Shown piece after piece: positions 1-11,836 of a stretch of DNA of 64,000 bases; the stretch's first letter is position 1, and every line of letters starts with the position of its first letter. The stretch spans positions 26,042,001 to 26,106,000 of the forward strand of contig OZ249436.1 of assembly GCA_965235115.1 (NCBI GenBank). Reading direction: 5' to 3'. Below the pieces are notes generated by a model that saw nothing but the letters and a program-made list of their open reading frames with translations, made no database searches and was not told the DNA's origin. The stretch is from Laetmonice hystrix. Lineage: Eukaryota. Both the position numbers and the translations under genes were made by a program.

Positions 1-2024
1 TCTTGGTGCACTGCTTGAGGTAGGTGGCTTGACCTTAAGGACTGACATGTCTGATATTGGTACTGGCTTAATTCCATGAGTTCTTGGGGGAATGTGCCAT
101 TGCTGTGGAGCCGATGTTTTTGATGTGATGGGGGGAACAACTTTCAGTCCTAGGTTTTGGTAGTGCACCAGTTGATAAAGAAGAGCAAGAGCGTGATTGC
201 ACACTCCTTTACCTGCAGTGCAGGAGCAGTGACATGTGATGTCCATATCATCAATGAAGTGTAGCTGAAAGCAAAAGAAGATTATTTAGTTCTTACTGTA
301 TGTGCATCAATATATTATCAATCATAACATCGTGCAAAATATGATAAATTCGTCTCTCACTAAAGTAAAGGGTTGAAGGCCTACATAGGTCTGTTTCTTT
401 CATAAATGTAATGACTACACCTGTGATACCGATCTCAGGTTCCCGCTTCTGTCCCCCAGAGGATAATGCCAAGGCTGTGTTTAAAATCTGGTATTTTTTT
501 ATTATTTAAATACGGTATACAACAAATGTTATCTTACCTCATAAACAGATTAACACCTCATAGTCATAGGAACTCCTTTCCTAAGGAAAAAGCAAAAACT
601 TTAAAAAAACTGCAAGTTCAACATTCAGGAATTACTGAATTAGTAATATATATGCAAAACGCCAACGGTGAAAAAGAGTACTGTAACTAAAACAATAATA
701 ACACAATGTTAAAGACAAACTTGAAAAATTACCTGCAGGTCCTTTGGTGGGTCATTTTTTTTCATTGAGGGGTAACACTGTGCTCTTACCTCCACCTGAC
801 TGCCACTCTTTACTGCGCATAAAATGTAGAGAAATGTATTAGTTTTATTGCATACATTGTGTAGGCCCTATAGTACAGTTATTCCTTTCTTAGCACATTA
901 TCATGTTATAATATCTAATTATCAAAAGACTTATATTATAATCTTTTTTTTATTTCCCACTGGCCCTGTACTATAGTATAGTATCGTATAGCTGACCCAA
1001 GACAAATCTGTCAAAACTGACATAGGCTAGGGCCGACTTAGACAATGAAAATATTTGTTTATCATCAATTTAAGTTTATAGTCTACGAGTATGATCTGGA
1101 TTGATAACTATGAATGATTATGAATGGGTTCTTATGAATGACATTACAACACCACATATATGCCTGGGCCAGACTTGGTCTAGCCTAAGTTTGGTAGCCT
1201 AATTAAGTTCAGCCTTCAGGTGACTGTTGCAGGAGCCCGTTTCACTGACACCCTAAATTCCTAATCAAATGCCCTAATTTGTAAACGGTAACATCCCGAC
1301 TTGTTGACACCATGCACTCAAAACAAGTCAACTGTCAAGTGTTTCACTTTCACTAAAAAAAATGTCTCTCCTTGGAATTCAATGGCAATGTTAGGCCTAA
1401 TTGCAAGGATCGACATTTTTTTTGAAACGGTATGTCTCAATCAGAATCTTGGATGTCCCCACTAGGCCTACTTGACTTGTTGGGATGTCCTTGCTTGGTG
1501 AAACCTAAACTAAAGCAGGCAAAGCTGGCGTAGGCCCTACGGTCATTCCGACCATCCCCCGGGCCCGGCGGCGCAACACTGCCGCCAACGCAACAGTACG
1601 TCGAGCGGTAGCCTACTCTAGTCCTGGCCCCGGTCATGGCTAAACCTCTATGTCTACGAATAGGATTACCGAAAACAAATGTTGGAAAAAAAACCAGTTT
1701 AGGCATAATCTTATTCTAACTCACTTTTAAAAACTCACTGGCACATCCACTAGCACACTAACGTAGATCTAGTCGTGACAGAGTCGTGGACGTAGGGGTC
1801 AGTGATCGTAATCTACTTCAACAGTTCAAGCATTGCTTACCTTCTACGTTGTGAACATATGATCCAGAAAAAAACGCATCTATATAGCCTCTTGTCTGCA
1901 ACTTCTTTGGCACCTTGGCCTTTTCGTTGGCCCATTTCTCAATGAAGGAATGGGACAACGGAGGAACTTTTGACAAATTCCTTGTCCACACCGTCGGCAC
2001 CGTCGCCTGCTTCGCCATTGACAT
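1..2024 (-). CDS. SWIM-YqaJ exonuclease gene E0, partial: exons 2024-1841, 812-733, 264-<1
   Basis: Canonical GT-AG junctions join in frame: ..VHNVE|VKSGSQVEVRAQCYPSMKKNDPPKDLQ|LHFIDDMDITCHCSCTAGKGVCNH. Confidence 0.85.
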
Positions 2025-2091
2025 GTTGATCCCGCCCCAGTTTGTTTGCGTCATTAGCCTCGTTTTCGATTTTAATGGCCACTCCGTGATA
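1..2091 (+). mobile_element. ISL2EU-like transposon copy E0 (right part only)
   Basis: Matches 6991-9081; contains exons 1-3 of the exonuclease gene and the putative right TIR. Confidence 0.85.
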
Positions 2092-2190
2092 CACGACTCA
2101 TATCACGCCGACGTCATTACGTAACCTAAACGAGGCCAATGACGCAAACAACAAGGCCACTGTGCCACGTGACTGTGCTCAGCGGCGAAG
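2025..2190. promoter_or_regulatory. Putative CpG-rich bidirectional promoter between divergent ATGs (repeated at each junction)
   Basis: 166 bp between exonuclease ATG (2024, -) and transposase ATG (2191, +). CpG-dense, with TGACGCAA on both arms, GACGTCA and an E-box CACGTG near 2166. Confidence 0.5.
2042..2151. repeat. Unit junction: imperfect inverted repeats (putative TIR-R 2042-2091, TIR-L 2101-2151) around spacer CACGACTCA; present at all 7 junctions
   Basis: ttgtttgcgtcattagcctcgtttt pairs with aaaacgaggccaatgacgcaaacaa (24/25 in most copies). Inner cgtgata/tatcacg pair perfectly and taatg/catta are in register. Confidence 0.75.
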
Positions 2191-4846
2191 ATGGACGGTC
2201 GTCACGATCACTGCTGTGTCCCTCTCTGTAAAAGCGACTCGCGATACCACAGACACAGTGAAGTTAGCTTTCATGCCATCCCAAAAGATGAACAAAGGAG
2301 GCGTGCGTGGATTCATGCAATCAGGAGGGACCCTGGATCGAACTTTAAGGCGAATATTTAACCCGAAAAAAGTCGCAATATCAATCAATGTCAAGCCGAC
2401 TGCTAGATGATAGATGTAGATTCTAGACCTTGCTTGTCTGGCCTAGCCTAGTTAAGTTGTAGTCTATACTGTTGAGTGTTGTAGCTAGCATGATTAAAGA
2501 CTAGAGTATAGGATCGAGGGTATAGATCATGTAGAATTAAGTCTGGATTGACCACGACCTGCTCTGCTAGCGGGCCGCTGCTAGCACTGGCGCCAGGCCG
2601 AACCCCAGCGTCAGCGTGCTTTACGTTTAGTTCTGACATTTATTTACCTGTCTTGAGTGATTGTCATTGTGACTGTGAGTGTAACTGTCCGATCAGTCAA
2701 GTCGTTACCGAAACGAGTTGTAACTGAACCGATAGTGCAGTAGCCAAAACAAAATGGGGGTTAATTTTATTCATGTCAAAATTCTTTCTGGTGTGGTAGG
2801 CTCTGCGCCGGGAAGGGGGGCGGGGGTGACGATCTTAGACTTTGGAGGTTCATGTCAACAATAAACAAAGCATGTGTAGACTAGTCTATGTCGGCCTCTA
2901 TTCTTCAGTATCTAGATCTATATGCTAGGATTAGGAATAGGATTAGTTTTGATGGCAGTCTGTGACTTATGGCATGATACAATTTTACAAGACAGTATAG
3001 TCAACAATATCAACATTTGCAACAAATCAAGTGTTACTGCCAGGCCTAAGTAGCCTACTGCTTCCCTTATTGAATAAAAAACTTATTAGACCTACTTTAT
3101 TACTATTAGTCTAGTAGATGTAGTAGTAGTAGCAGATCTAGTACCCAAAATTCTGATTTAAATGAAAATTGAATCCACCCAGTGACCCTCCCAAGGCTGC
3201 TATTTTAATGCTGATGGGTTTAATAGCCAGGATAATTCAGTATGACGTATTCAATCAGTGTATCTATAGTTTACATGTAATTGTATATTAATTTGAATTT
3301 CTTTTCACACCCTAGATCACGTCTTCAACTAAGGTGTGCTCCATACATTTTGAGAAAGAAGAGATTGTGAGAAGCCTGTGTGGAAAGCGGGGTGTGATTA
3401 AGGGAGCAGTTCCTCACATATTTCCATGGACCAAGGAAGCAAAGAGCAGGAAGTCACCAAAAGAGCGAGTGTCATCTTCTAATGAACCAACTGACGATGG
3501 GTTCCAAATGGAATACACTGAAGAAAGGTAAATTCAAATGAATATCAAGGTTAGAAATTAGGCCAAAAAAAACTTTTTTGGAAGCACAGCAAAAGGCCAT
3601 CCAGCCTCCCGCTAACATCGATACCTGAATATGAAAGACACTTTATGTATTTGATAAAATATCAACTGGTTGGTAATGAAAAATTTCTTGGGTAATCTTT
3701 GGTAATCAACTTCGGTCAAAATGGCAGTGCTATTAGACTAATGACATTCCTTCTTTTTCAGTGAAGCAAGCAGAAGTGTACTCTGTCAACGGCCTCCGGA
3801 CCACGACTACACAGCATGTTCAAAACTGACACTTGAAGAGCAATTGGAAGCTGCCTTGGAACACATCAGTCTGCTGGAGAAGGAAAATGAACACCTGAAA
3901 TCGCTCCAGTTTGGTATCAATCGTTTCACCACAGATCCTGACATGATAGCTTTCTATACAGGCTTCAGATCATATGATATGTTCTTGACAACATATTTAG
4001 CCTTTCAACCAACCGCTGATAATCTTCTCACTTAATTGGTCACAGCTTCAGAGACAGAGGTCCGGTACTGCCTTAAACACAAGAGACATTCTCAAACATG
4101 AACATCTATCCACAATAGATCAATTTTTCTTATTTATGTGTCGCTGCAAGGCTGGCCTTTTTGAGAAGGATCTGGCCGAAAGGTTCCATGTAAGCTTCTC
4201 AACAGTGAGCAGAATCATCATCACCTGGGCAAACTATCTGTACCACCTTTTAGGAGCTTTGCCAATTTGGCCATCTTGTCATCAGATTCGTAAACATATT
4301 CCTGAATGTTTCAAAGAGTGTTATTCTACCACCAGAGTAATATTAGATTGCACTGAGATTAAGTGTCAAACTCCATCAGCGTTGTACTTGAACAGCCAGC
4401 TGTACTCGCACTACAAGGGTAGCACAACATTCAAGGGTCTGATAGGCATTACACCCTCAGGAGCAGTGTCATTTGTCAGTCAGCTGTACACGGGAAGCAT
4501 TTCTGATGTGGACATCACAGCAAGATGTGGCATTGTTGACCTTTTAGACTCACTGGACTCGGTCATGGCTGACAAGGGATTCACCATCCAAGACCTTTTG
4601 GCTACAAAAGGTGCCACTCTGACAATTCCGCCTTTTTTAACTGACAAACGTAACCAATTTGAAAGGGGTGAGGTTCAGCAAACACAGAATATTGCCAGGG
4701 TCAGGATCCACGTTGAACGCGCTATCAGGAGAGTAAAGGAGTATCACATATTTGATAGCATTGTACCACTAAGCCTGGCAGGTACCATCAACCAAATGTG
4801 GACTGTTTGTGCTCTTCTGACAAACTTCAGAGGTCCCCTTTTCTGA
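2191..4846 (+). pseudogene. THAP-HTH-DDE transposase E1, frameshifted (+4 bp near 4033). Exons 2191-2349, 3316-3527, 3762-4846
   Basis: The spliced N-terminus MDGRHDHCCVPLC..W..NFK|ITSSTKVCSIHF..GAVP is a C2CH THAP domain. cacttaattggt versus cacttggt in intact copies gives an immediate TAA. Confidence 0.9.
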
Positions 4847-5577
4847 CTGCATCATGAAGCATTTCTCAACAAATCGATCATCCCATCACAGTGTTAGTTG
4901 CTGTATCTGACGTGATACAGTATTTGCTGCCATGTCTTGAAAAATTAAAAATTGGTTGTCGGGTTGAAATAAGTTCCTTTTAAAAAGAATATGTACTTTG
5001 ATGATAAAATGTTATTTACGGTACATGTGAATTCTTTTTAATAGAAAAATGGAAGTTTACTTGACAATTTTACTGTCAAGGAGGGGAACATGTATTTCTT
5101 TAGATTTACCCCAGTGTAGTAACGAAAATAAAGATGAAGAATAATGGAAGACTCAAAAAATTCTTCAGTATTTTTAATTCATCCTGCAATAATTGATCGA
5201 TTTACAAATGGTTTACAGATGACATAAATACGGTTACATGATCTGGTCATGTAACATTTAAGTTACCTGTTATCTTACGGAGGGTTCTCCTTTTTTTTCT
5301 GTAATTAGTAAGTTTACCCATTTCATTCCACTCCGAGTTCCAGAACGTGAACATCGAACGTCTTCTTCCGTCTCCAACGCACCCAAGATCCTTATTTTAA
5401 AACATAATTTTACATTTCTATTGCCCTACCGTACCTACCTGACAACACAGTAGCATTAAGCAAGTTCTCACACTGTATATGACTGAAATCTTTTCCACAT
5501 TAAATATTTTGCAAAGCATTACTATCATCATCATACAGTAATATTTGGTCATCATGTACAGTTTGTGTCGTCACATT

Positions 5578-8500
5578 TCATTTCTTGGTAGATAACAAAC
5601 ATGGCAAGAAATGCTCAAAATAAAAGGCATCAATATTTTCTTTCATATCTGCAAAGAAAGCTTCATCAACATTAATTTTTTCAATTATGAAATCTTCTTC
5701 ACAGTAAACCATAAAGTCACACCAAGTGAATCCTGTAATGCCTAACTGTCCCATTATTTGGTAGTAGTACTCATGAGTGTGTTTTAATGTGTACTCCCCA
5801 TTCTGTCTTTGCTTCAAATATTTACAATCTTTATAGGTGTTGTTCCCAGGACACTTTATCTCAAGAAGCCCCCACTTTTGGTCATCTGCAGCAGATGGAT
5901 CATATACGAGACGATCAGGAGAGCATCCCAAATGACAAGCTGTGGGATTTATAACAAAGCCAATGCTGTACACATTCACTCCCTTGTTTCTGGCGTAAAC
6001 TTCTGCAGCTGTAGGTTCAAGTTCTAGCCCTCTTCTCATCAAACTGGTTTGCACAGTTTTGCCTGTTATCAGTCTTTGAGCCAGAGATTTAAAGTCTCCA
6101 CGTCTACAGCAAATCTGTTTGAATTTTGATGCAGTTAGACGTGACTCGCGAAGTTTTTTCCACTCAGGGCAAGCACTTTGTGTACGGGTTGAAAGTTCGT
6201 AATCTGATGACTCGAGCAATGAGCATGAAAGCCCATCATACAATGACTGAAGTTCATCCGTGAGGGTAGACACATCGTAAATCATAGGAAGAACAGGTCT
6301 CGGGCAAGGTGGTCGACTGGGGGCATCAGCTACCATTAGTATACGGTCTCCTGGGGTGGTTATCTGCTGCTGATGAGCAAGCGTAGAGCCAAATGGGACT
6401 GGACCAATCTCACTTGGAACAGCTACAGGCCAGTTATCCGGAAGTAGCTGCAAAATCTGGGGCTGTACAGCCTGTGTAGACATCATGCGCGATATTTTAC
6501 CAGCAAAGTTCCTCGAGACGTCATAAATCGGTTCTCTGATAGGGTTATACAGCGTAGATGTAATTCCTGAGATAAAAAGAAAATATTAAAAGACTATGAA
6601 CAATTTTTACAACATACAATGTTACAATTGCAACAATATTTATCCACTTGGGTAAAAAAACAGAAATCAAGTTTCACATGTTTTTAGCCCCAACCCCCTC
6701 GGGTTGTGGGGTAACAAGAACTGTTAGAAGCTAGAGGATGTGGTTAACCAATATTCTGGGGCTCACCTGCGCTAGATAATACATGATAAAATTCAATGAA
6801 AATATGATGTAAAACTTATTTCATATTTAATTCTTGAAAGGTTCTTGAATTAACAAAAAATTGTTAATCAAAACAGTTTAATCAAGTTAACCACAAAAAG
6901 GAATTTAAAATCAAATAATGCTTTAATTTATGTTTATTGTTTTGTATTTGAAAAACAATTCTCACCAGTGACAATTCTTTTCTTCTTGACTCTTGGTGCA
7001 CTGCTTGAGGTAGGTGGCTTGACCTTAAGGACTGACATGTCTGATATTGGTACTGGCTTAATTCCATGAGTTCTTGGGGGAATGTGCCATTGCTGTGGAG
7101 CCGATGTTTTTGATGTGATGGGGGGAACAACTTTCAGTCCTAGGTTTTGGTAGTGCACCAGTTGATAAAGAAGAGCAAGAGCGTGATTGCACACTCCTTT
7201 ACCTGCAGTGCAGGAGCAGTGACATGTGATGTCCATATCATCAATGAAGTGTAGCTGAAAGCAAAAGAAGATTATTTAGTTCTTACTGTATGTGCATCAA
7301 TATATTATCAATCATAACATCGTGCAAAATATGATAAATTCGTCTCTCACTAAAGTAAAGGGTTGAAGGCCTACATAGGTCTGTTTCTTTCATAAATGTA
7401 ATGACTACACCTGTGATACCGATCTCAGGTTCCCGCTTCTGTCCCCCAGAGGATAATGCCAAGGCTGTGTTTAAAATCTGGTATTTTTTTATTATTTAAA
7501 TACGGTATACAACAAATGTTATCTTACCTCATAAACAGATTAACACCTCATAGTCATAGGAACTCCTTTCCTAAGGAAAAAGCAAAAACTTTAAAAAAAC
7601 TGCAAGTTCAACATTCAGGAATTACTGAATTAGTAATATATATGCAAAACGCCAACGGTGAAAAAGAGTACTGTAACTAAAACAATAATAACACAATGTT
7701 AAAGACAAACTTGAAAAATTACCTGCAGGTCCTTTGGTGGGTCATTTTTTTTCATTGAGGGGTAACACTGTGCTCTTACCTCCACCTGACTGCCACTCTT
7801 TACTGCGCATAAAATGTAGAGAAATGTATTAGTTTTATTGCATACATTGTGTAGGCCCTATAGTACAGTTATTCCTTTCTTAGCACATTATCATGTTATA
7901 ATATCTAATTATCAAAAGACTTATATTATAATCTTTTTTTTATTTCCCACTGGCCCTGTACTATAGTATAGTATCGTATAGCTGACCCAAGACAAATCTG
8001 TCAAAACTGACATAGGCTAGGGCCGACTTAGACAATGAAAATATTTGTTTATCATCAATTTAAGTTTATAGTCTACGAGTATGATCTGGATTGATAACTA
8101 TGAATGATTATGAATGGGTTCTTATGAATGACATTACAACACCACATATATGCCTGGGCCAGACTTGGTCTAGCCTAAGTTTGGTAGCCTAATTAAGTTC
8201 AGCCTTCAGGTGACTGTTGCAGGAGCCCGTTTCACTGACACCCTAAATTCCTAATCAAATGCCCTAATTTGTAAACGGTAACATCCCGACTTGTTGACAC
8301 CATGCACTCAAAACAAGTCAACTGTCAAGTGTTTCACTTTCACTAAAAAAAATGTCTCTCCTTGGAATTCAATGGCAATGTTAGGCCTAATTGCAAGGAT
8401 CGACATTTTTTTTGAAACGGTATGTCTCAATCAGAATCTTGGATGTCCCCACTAGGCCTACTTGACTTGTTGGGATGTCCTTGCTTGGTGAAACCTAAAC

Positions 8501-9014
8501 TAAAGCAGGCAAAGCTGGCGTAGGCCCTACGGTCATTCCGACCATCCCCCGGGCCCGGCGGCGCAACACTGCCGCCAACGCAACAGTACGTCGAGCGGTA
8601 GCCTACTCTAGTCCTGGCCCCGGTCATGGCTAAACCTCTATGTCTACGAATAGGATTACCGAAAACAAATGTTGGAAAAAAAACCAGTTTAGGCATAATC
8701 TTATTCTAACTCACTTTTAAAAACTCACTGGCACATCCACTAGCACACTAACGTAGATCTAGTCGTGACAGAGTCGTGGACGTAGGGGTCAGTGATCGTA
8801 ATCTACTTCAACAGTTCAAGCATTGCTTACCTTCTACGTTGTGAACATATGATCCAGAAAAAAACGCATCTATATAGCCTCTTGTCTGCAACTTCTTTGG
8901 CACCTTGGCCTTTTCGTTGGCCCATTTCTCAATGAAGGAATGGGACAACGGAGGAACTTTTGACAAATTCCTTGTCCACACCGTCGGCACCGTCGCCTGC
9001 TTCGCCATTGACAT
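5578..9014 (-). CDS. SWIM zinc finger + YqaJ/lambda-exonuclease-like PD-(D/E)xK nuclease, 513 aa (E1). Exons 9014-8831, 7802-7723, 7254-6966, 6566-5578
   Basis: 184+80+289+989=1542 nt, open, all introns GT-AG. SWIM CSC-x6-CNH; YqaJ motifs W...R..RLTAS, G.ELE, SPDRLV, LLEIKCP, YYYQIMGQL. The start could be the ATG 6 nt downstream. Confidence 0.9.
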
Positions 9015-9180
9015 GTTGATCCCGCCCCAGTTTGTTTGCGTCATTAGCCTCGTTTTCGATTTTAATGGCCACTCCGTGATACACGACTCATATCACGCCG
9101 ACGTCATTACGTAACCAAAACGAGGCCAATGACGCAAACAACAAGGCCACTGTGCCACGTGACTGTGCTCAGCGGCGAAG

Positions 9181-11836
9181 ATGGACGGTCGTCACGATCA
9201 CTGCTGTGTCCCTCTCTGTAAAAGCGACTCGCGATACCACAGACACAGTGAAGTTAGCTTTCATGCCATCCCAAAAGATGAACAAAGGAGGCGTGCGTGG
9301 ATTCATGCAATCAGGAGGGACCCTGGATCGAACTTTAAGGCGAATATTTAACCCGAAAAAAGTCGCAATATCAATCAATGTCAAGCCGACTGCTAGATGA
9401 TAGATGTAGATTCTAGACCTTGCTTGTCTGGCCTAGCCTAGTTAAGTTGTAGTCTATACTGTTGAGTGTTGTAGCTAGCATGATTAAAGACTAGAGTATA
9501 GGATCGAGGGTATAGATCATGTAGAATTAAGTCTGGATTGACCACGACCTGCTCTGCTAGCGGGCCGCTGCTAGCACTGGCGCCAGGCCGAACCCCAGCG
9601 TCAGCGTGCTTTACGTTTAGTTCTGACATTTATTTACCTGTCTTGAGTGATTGTCATTGTGACTGTGAGTGTAACTGTCCGATCAGTCAAGTCGTTACCG
9701 AAACGAGTTGTAACTGAACCGATAGTGCAGTAGCCAAAACAAAATGGGGGTTAATTTTATTCATGTCAAAATTCTTTCTGGTGTGGTAGGCTCTGCGCCG
9801 GGAAGGGGGGCGGGGGTGACGATCTTAGACTTTGGAGGTTCATGTCAACAATAAACAAAGCATGTGTAGACTAGTCTATGTCGGCCTCTATTCTTCAGTA
9901 TCTAGATCTATATGCTAGGATTAGGAATAGGATTAGTTTTGATGGCAGTCTGTGACTTATGGCATGATACAATTTTACAAGACAGTATAGTCAACAATAT
10001 CAACATTTGCAACAAATCAAGTGTTACTGCCAGGCCTAAGTAGCCTACTGCTTCCCTTATTGAATAAAAAACTTATTAGACCTACTTTATTACTATTAGT
10101 CTAGTAGATGTAGTAGTAGTAGCAGATCTAGTACCCAAAATTCTGATTTAAATGAAAATTGAATCCACCCAGTGACCCTCCCAAGGCTGCTATTTTAATG
10201 CTGATGGGTTTAATAGCCAGGATAATTCAGTATGACGTATTCAATCAGTGTATCTATAGTTTACATGTAATTGTATATTAATTTGAATTTCTTTTCACAC
10301 CCTAGATCACGTCTTCAACTAAGGTGTGCTCCATACATTTTGAGAAAGAAGAGATTGTGAGAAGCCTGTGTGGAAAGCGGGGTGTGATTAAGGGAGCAGT
10401 TCCTCACATATTTCCATGGACCAAGGAAGCAAAGAGCAGGAAGTCACCAAAAGAGCGAGTGTCATCTTCTAATGAACCAACTGACGATGGGTTCCAAATG
10501 GAATACACTGAAGAAAGGTAAATTCAAATGAATATCAAGGTTAGAAATTAGGCCAAAAAAAACTTTTTTGGAAGCACAGCAAAAGGCCATCCAGCCTCCC
10601 GCTAACATCGATACCTGAATATGAAAGACACTTTATGTATTTGATAAAATATCAACTGGTTGGTAATGAAAAATTTCTTGGGTAATCTTTGGTAATCAAC
10701 TTCGGTCAAAATGGCAGTGCTATTAGACTAATGACATTCCTTCTTTTTCAGTGAAGCAAGCAGAAGTGTACTCTGTCAACGGCCTCCGGACCACGACTAC
10801 ACAGCATGTTCAAAACTGACACTTGAAGAGCAATTGGAAGCTGCCTTGGAACACATCAGTCTGCTGGAGAAGGAAAATGAACACCTGAAATCGCTCCAGT
10901 TTGGTATCAATCGTTTCACCACAGATCCTGACATGATAGCTTTCTATACAGGCTTCAGATCATATGATATGTTCTTGACAACATATTTAGCCTTTCAACC
11001 AACCGCTGATAATCTTCTCACTTAATTGGTCACAGCTTCAGAGACAGAGGTCCGGTACTGCCTTAAACACAAGAGACATTCTCAAACATGAACATCTATC
11101 CACAATAGATCAATTTTTCTTATTTATGTGTCGCTGCAAGGCTGGCCTTTTTGAGAAGGATCTGGCCGAAAGGTTCCATGTAAGCTTCTCAACAGTGAGC
11201 AGAATCATCATCACCTGGGCAAACTATCTGTACCACCTTTTAGGAGCTTTGCCAATTTGGCCATCTTGTCATCAGATTCGTAAACATATTCCTGAATGTT
11301 TCAAAGAGTGTTATTCTACCACCAGAGTAATATTAGATTGCACTGAGATTAAGTGTCAAACTCCATCAGCGTTGTACTTGAACAGCCAGCTGTACTCGCA
11401 CTACAAGGGTAGCACAACATTCAAGGGTCTGATAGGCATTACACCCTCAGGAGCAGTGTCATTTGTCAGTCAGCTGTACACGGGAAGCATTTCTGATGTG
11501 GACATCACAGCAAGATGTGGCATTGTTGACCTTTTAGACTCACTGGACTCGGTCATGGCTGACAAGGGATTCACCATCCAAGACCTTTTGGCTACAAAAG
11601 GTGCCACTCTGACAATTCCGCCTTTTTTAACTGACAAACGTAACCAATTTGAAAGGGGTGAGGTTCAGCAAACACAGAATATTGCCAGGGTCAGGATCCA
11701 CGTTGAACGCGCTATCAGGAGAGTAAAGGAGTATCACATATTTGATAGCATTGTACCACTAAGCCTGGCAGGTACCATCAACCAAATGTGGACTGTTTGT
11801 GCTCTTCTGACAAACTTCAGAGGTCCCCTTTTCTGA
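9181..11836 (+). pseudogene. Transposase E2, same +4 frameshift
   Basis: cacttaattggt near 11023; split ORFs 10834-11025 and 11126-11836. Confidence 0.9.

Larger units (their letters stand above)
2101..9081 (+). mobile_element. ISL2EU-like transposon copy E1
   Basis: THAP-HTH-DDE transposase plus SWIM-YqaJ gene, the pair characteristic of ISL2EU. Ends inferred from ~50-bp imperfect inverted repeats. Confidence 0.88.

Noticed and set aside
466..2639. Short ORFs 466-690, 1437-1706, 1915-2124, 2162-2410, 2179-2394, 2448-2639 and their copies
   Set aside because: Intronic, antisense or off-frame to the real exons, with no recognisable motifs. They recur only because the unit is duplicated.
4029..4040. 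+4 insertion read as a piggyBac TTAA footprint
   Set aside because: The intact allele has no TTAA target and piggyBac excises precisely; a small repair insertion is more likely.
2191..4846. P-element/THAP9 assignment because of the THAP domain
   Set aside because: The catalytic region has Harbinger/IS5-like motifs (DCTE, ADKGF, RIHVERAI) and the protein is far shorter than P transposases.
4847..5577. Element ends between the convergent 3' ends
   Set aside because: Only short local hairpins are visible, with no TIR pair. Not fully excluded without dispersed copies.
5578..6486. Phage/prophage or bacterial origin of the YqaJ gene
   Set aside because: It has three spliceosomal introns and a SWIM finger and is paired with a THAP-DDE transposase, the known ISL2EU arrangement.
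5809..7130. ORFs 5809-6027 (+) and 6882-7130 (-)
   Set aside because: Shadow frames overlapping exonuclease exons.
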